From contig NW_024704742.1 of assembly GCF_018977255.1 (NCBI RefSeq), positions 135,100,001 to 135,164,000 on the forward strand: a stretch of DNA of 64,000 bases, read 5' to 3'. Shown piece by piece: positions 63,710 to 64,000 of this stretch (position 1 is its first letter; every line of letters starts with the position of its first letter). Position numbers and translations under genes: made by a program. The notes below the pieces were generated by a model, which worked only from the letters and a program-made list of their open reading frames with translations, had not been told where the DNA came from and made no database searches. Source of the stretch: Callorhinchus milii (Eukaryota).

Positions 63710-64000
63710 AATAATAATAATAATAATCCTTGCATTTGATATAGCGCTTTTCACGTCGGGAGGACGTCCCAAAGCACTTCACAGAATATACTGTAAAGTG
63801 AATTGACTGTATATTTGTGGGCGAACGCGGCAGCTAATTGCGCACAGCAATGTCCCACAAACAGTCATAGATTGAAAATGACCAATTTATTATTGTTTTT
63901 GGTTTTTGGAGGGATTATTATTAGGCTCTTTAGGAAACTTGCCCAAGGTTTCGCCCTCTGCCTGGAATTGAACTCCGGTCTCTCGCTCGCAAAGCGAGTC
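63710..64000 (-). mobile_element. SINE, short young form (cut by the window edge)
   Basis: Family similarity; L2-like tail loop. Confidence 0.9.

Noticed and set aside
57000..64000. Upstream or further downstream WDR7 exons
   Set aside because: I searched by eye on both strands for the flanking peptides (…ASDK, VREAAQ…) and found none; a short exon could have been missed.

Overview
Vertebrate, repeat-rich, mostly intronic DNA. The SINE/L2/CR1 repertoire suggests a cartilaginous fish, probably a chimaera (inference). The only host gene I recognise is WDR7 (rabconnectin-3 beta), present as four consecutive internal exons: a 761-nt exon (two copies), an 89-nt exon (one full copy, one cut by a gap), a 69-nt frame-symmetric cassette-like exon, and a 119-nt exon lying on the opposite strand to the others. 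The window is structurally scrambled. It has two gaps of exactly 25 N, a ~7-kb near-identical duplication, a fold-back inverted repeat, and a 3.1-kb block that, when flipped, rebuilds one full-length ~3.5-kb L2 LINE to the base. Both filled and empty versions of that L2 insertion site are present, suggesting a young, polymorphic L2 that broke the assembly. The rest is tRNA(Ala)-derived SINEs with L2-type tails, DeuSINE-like relics, CR1 and older L2 fragments, a small MITE-like family and an unclassified repeat. I found no convincing wholly new multi-gene system. The best leads are the inverted WDR7 exon, the L2 leader with a TAATG-coupled mini-ORF, SINE tail variants matching the young L2, and the cassette exon. 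Comparisons to human WDR7 and repeat consensuses are from memory, not computed, and repeat boundaries are approximate.
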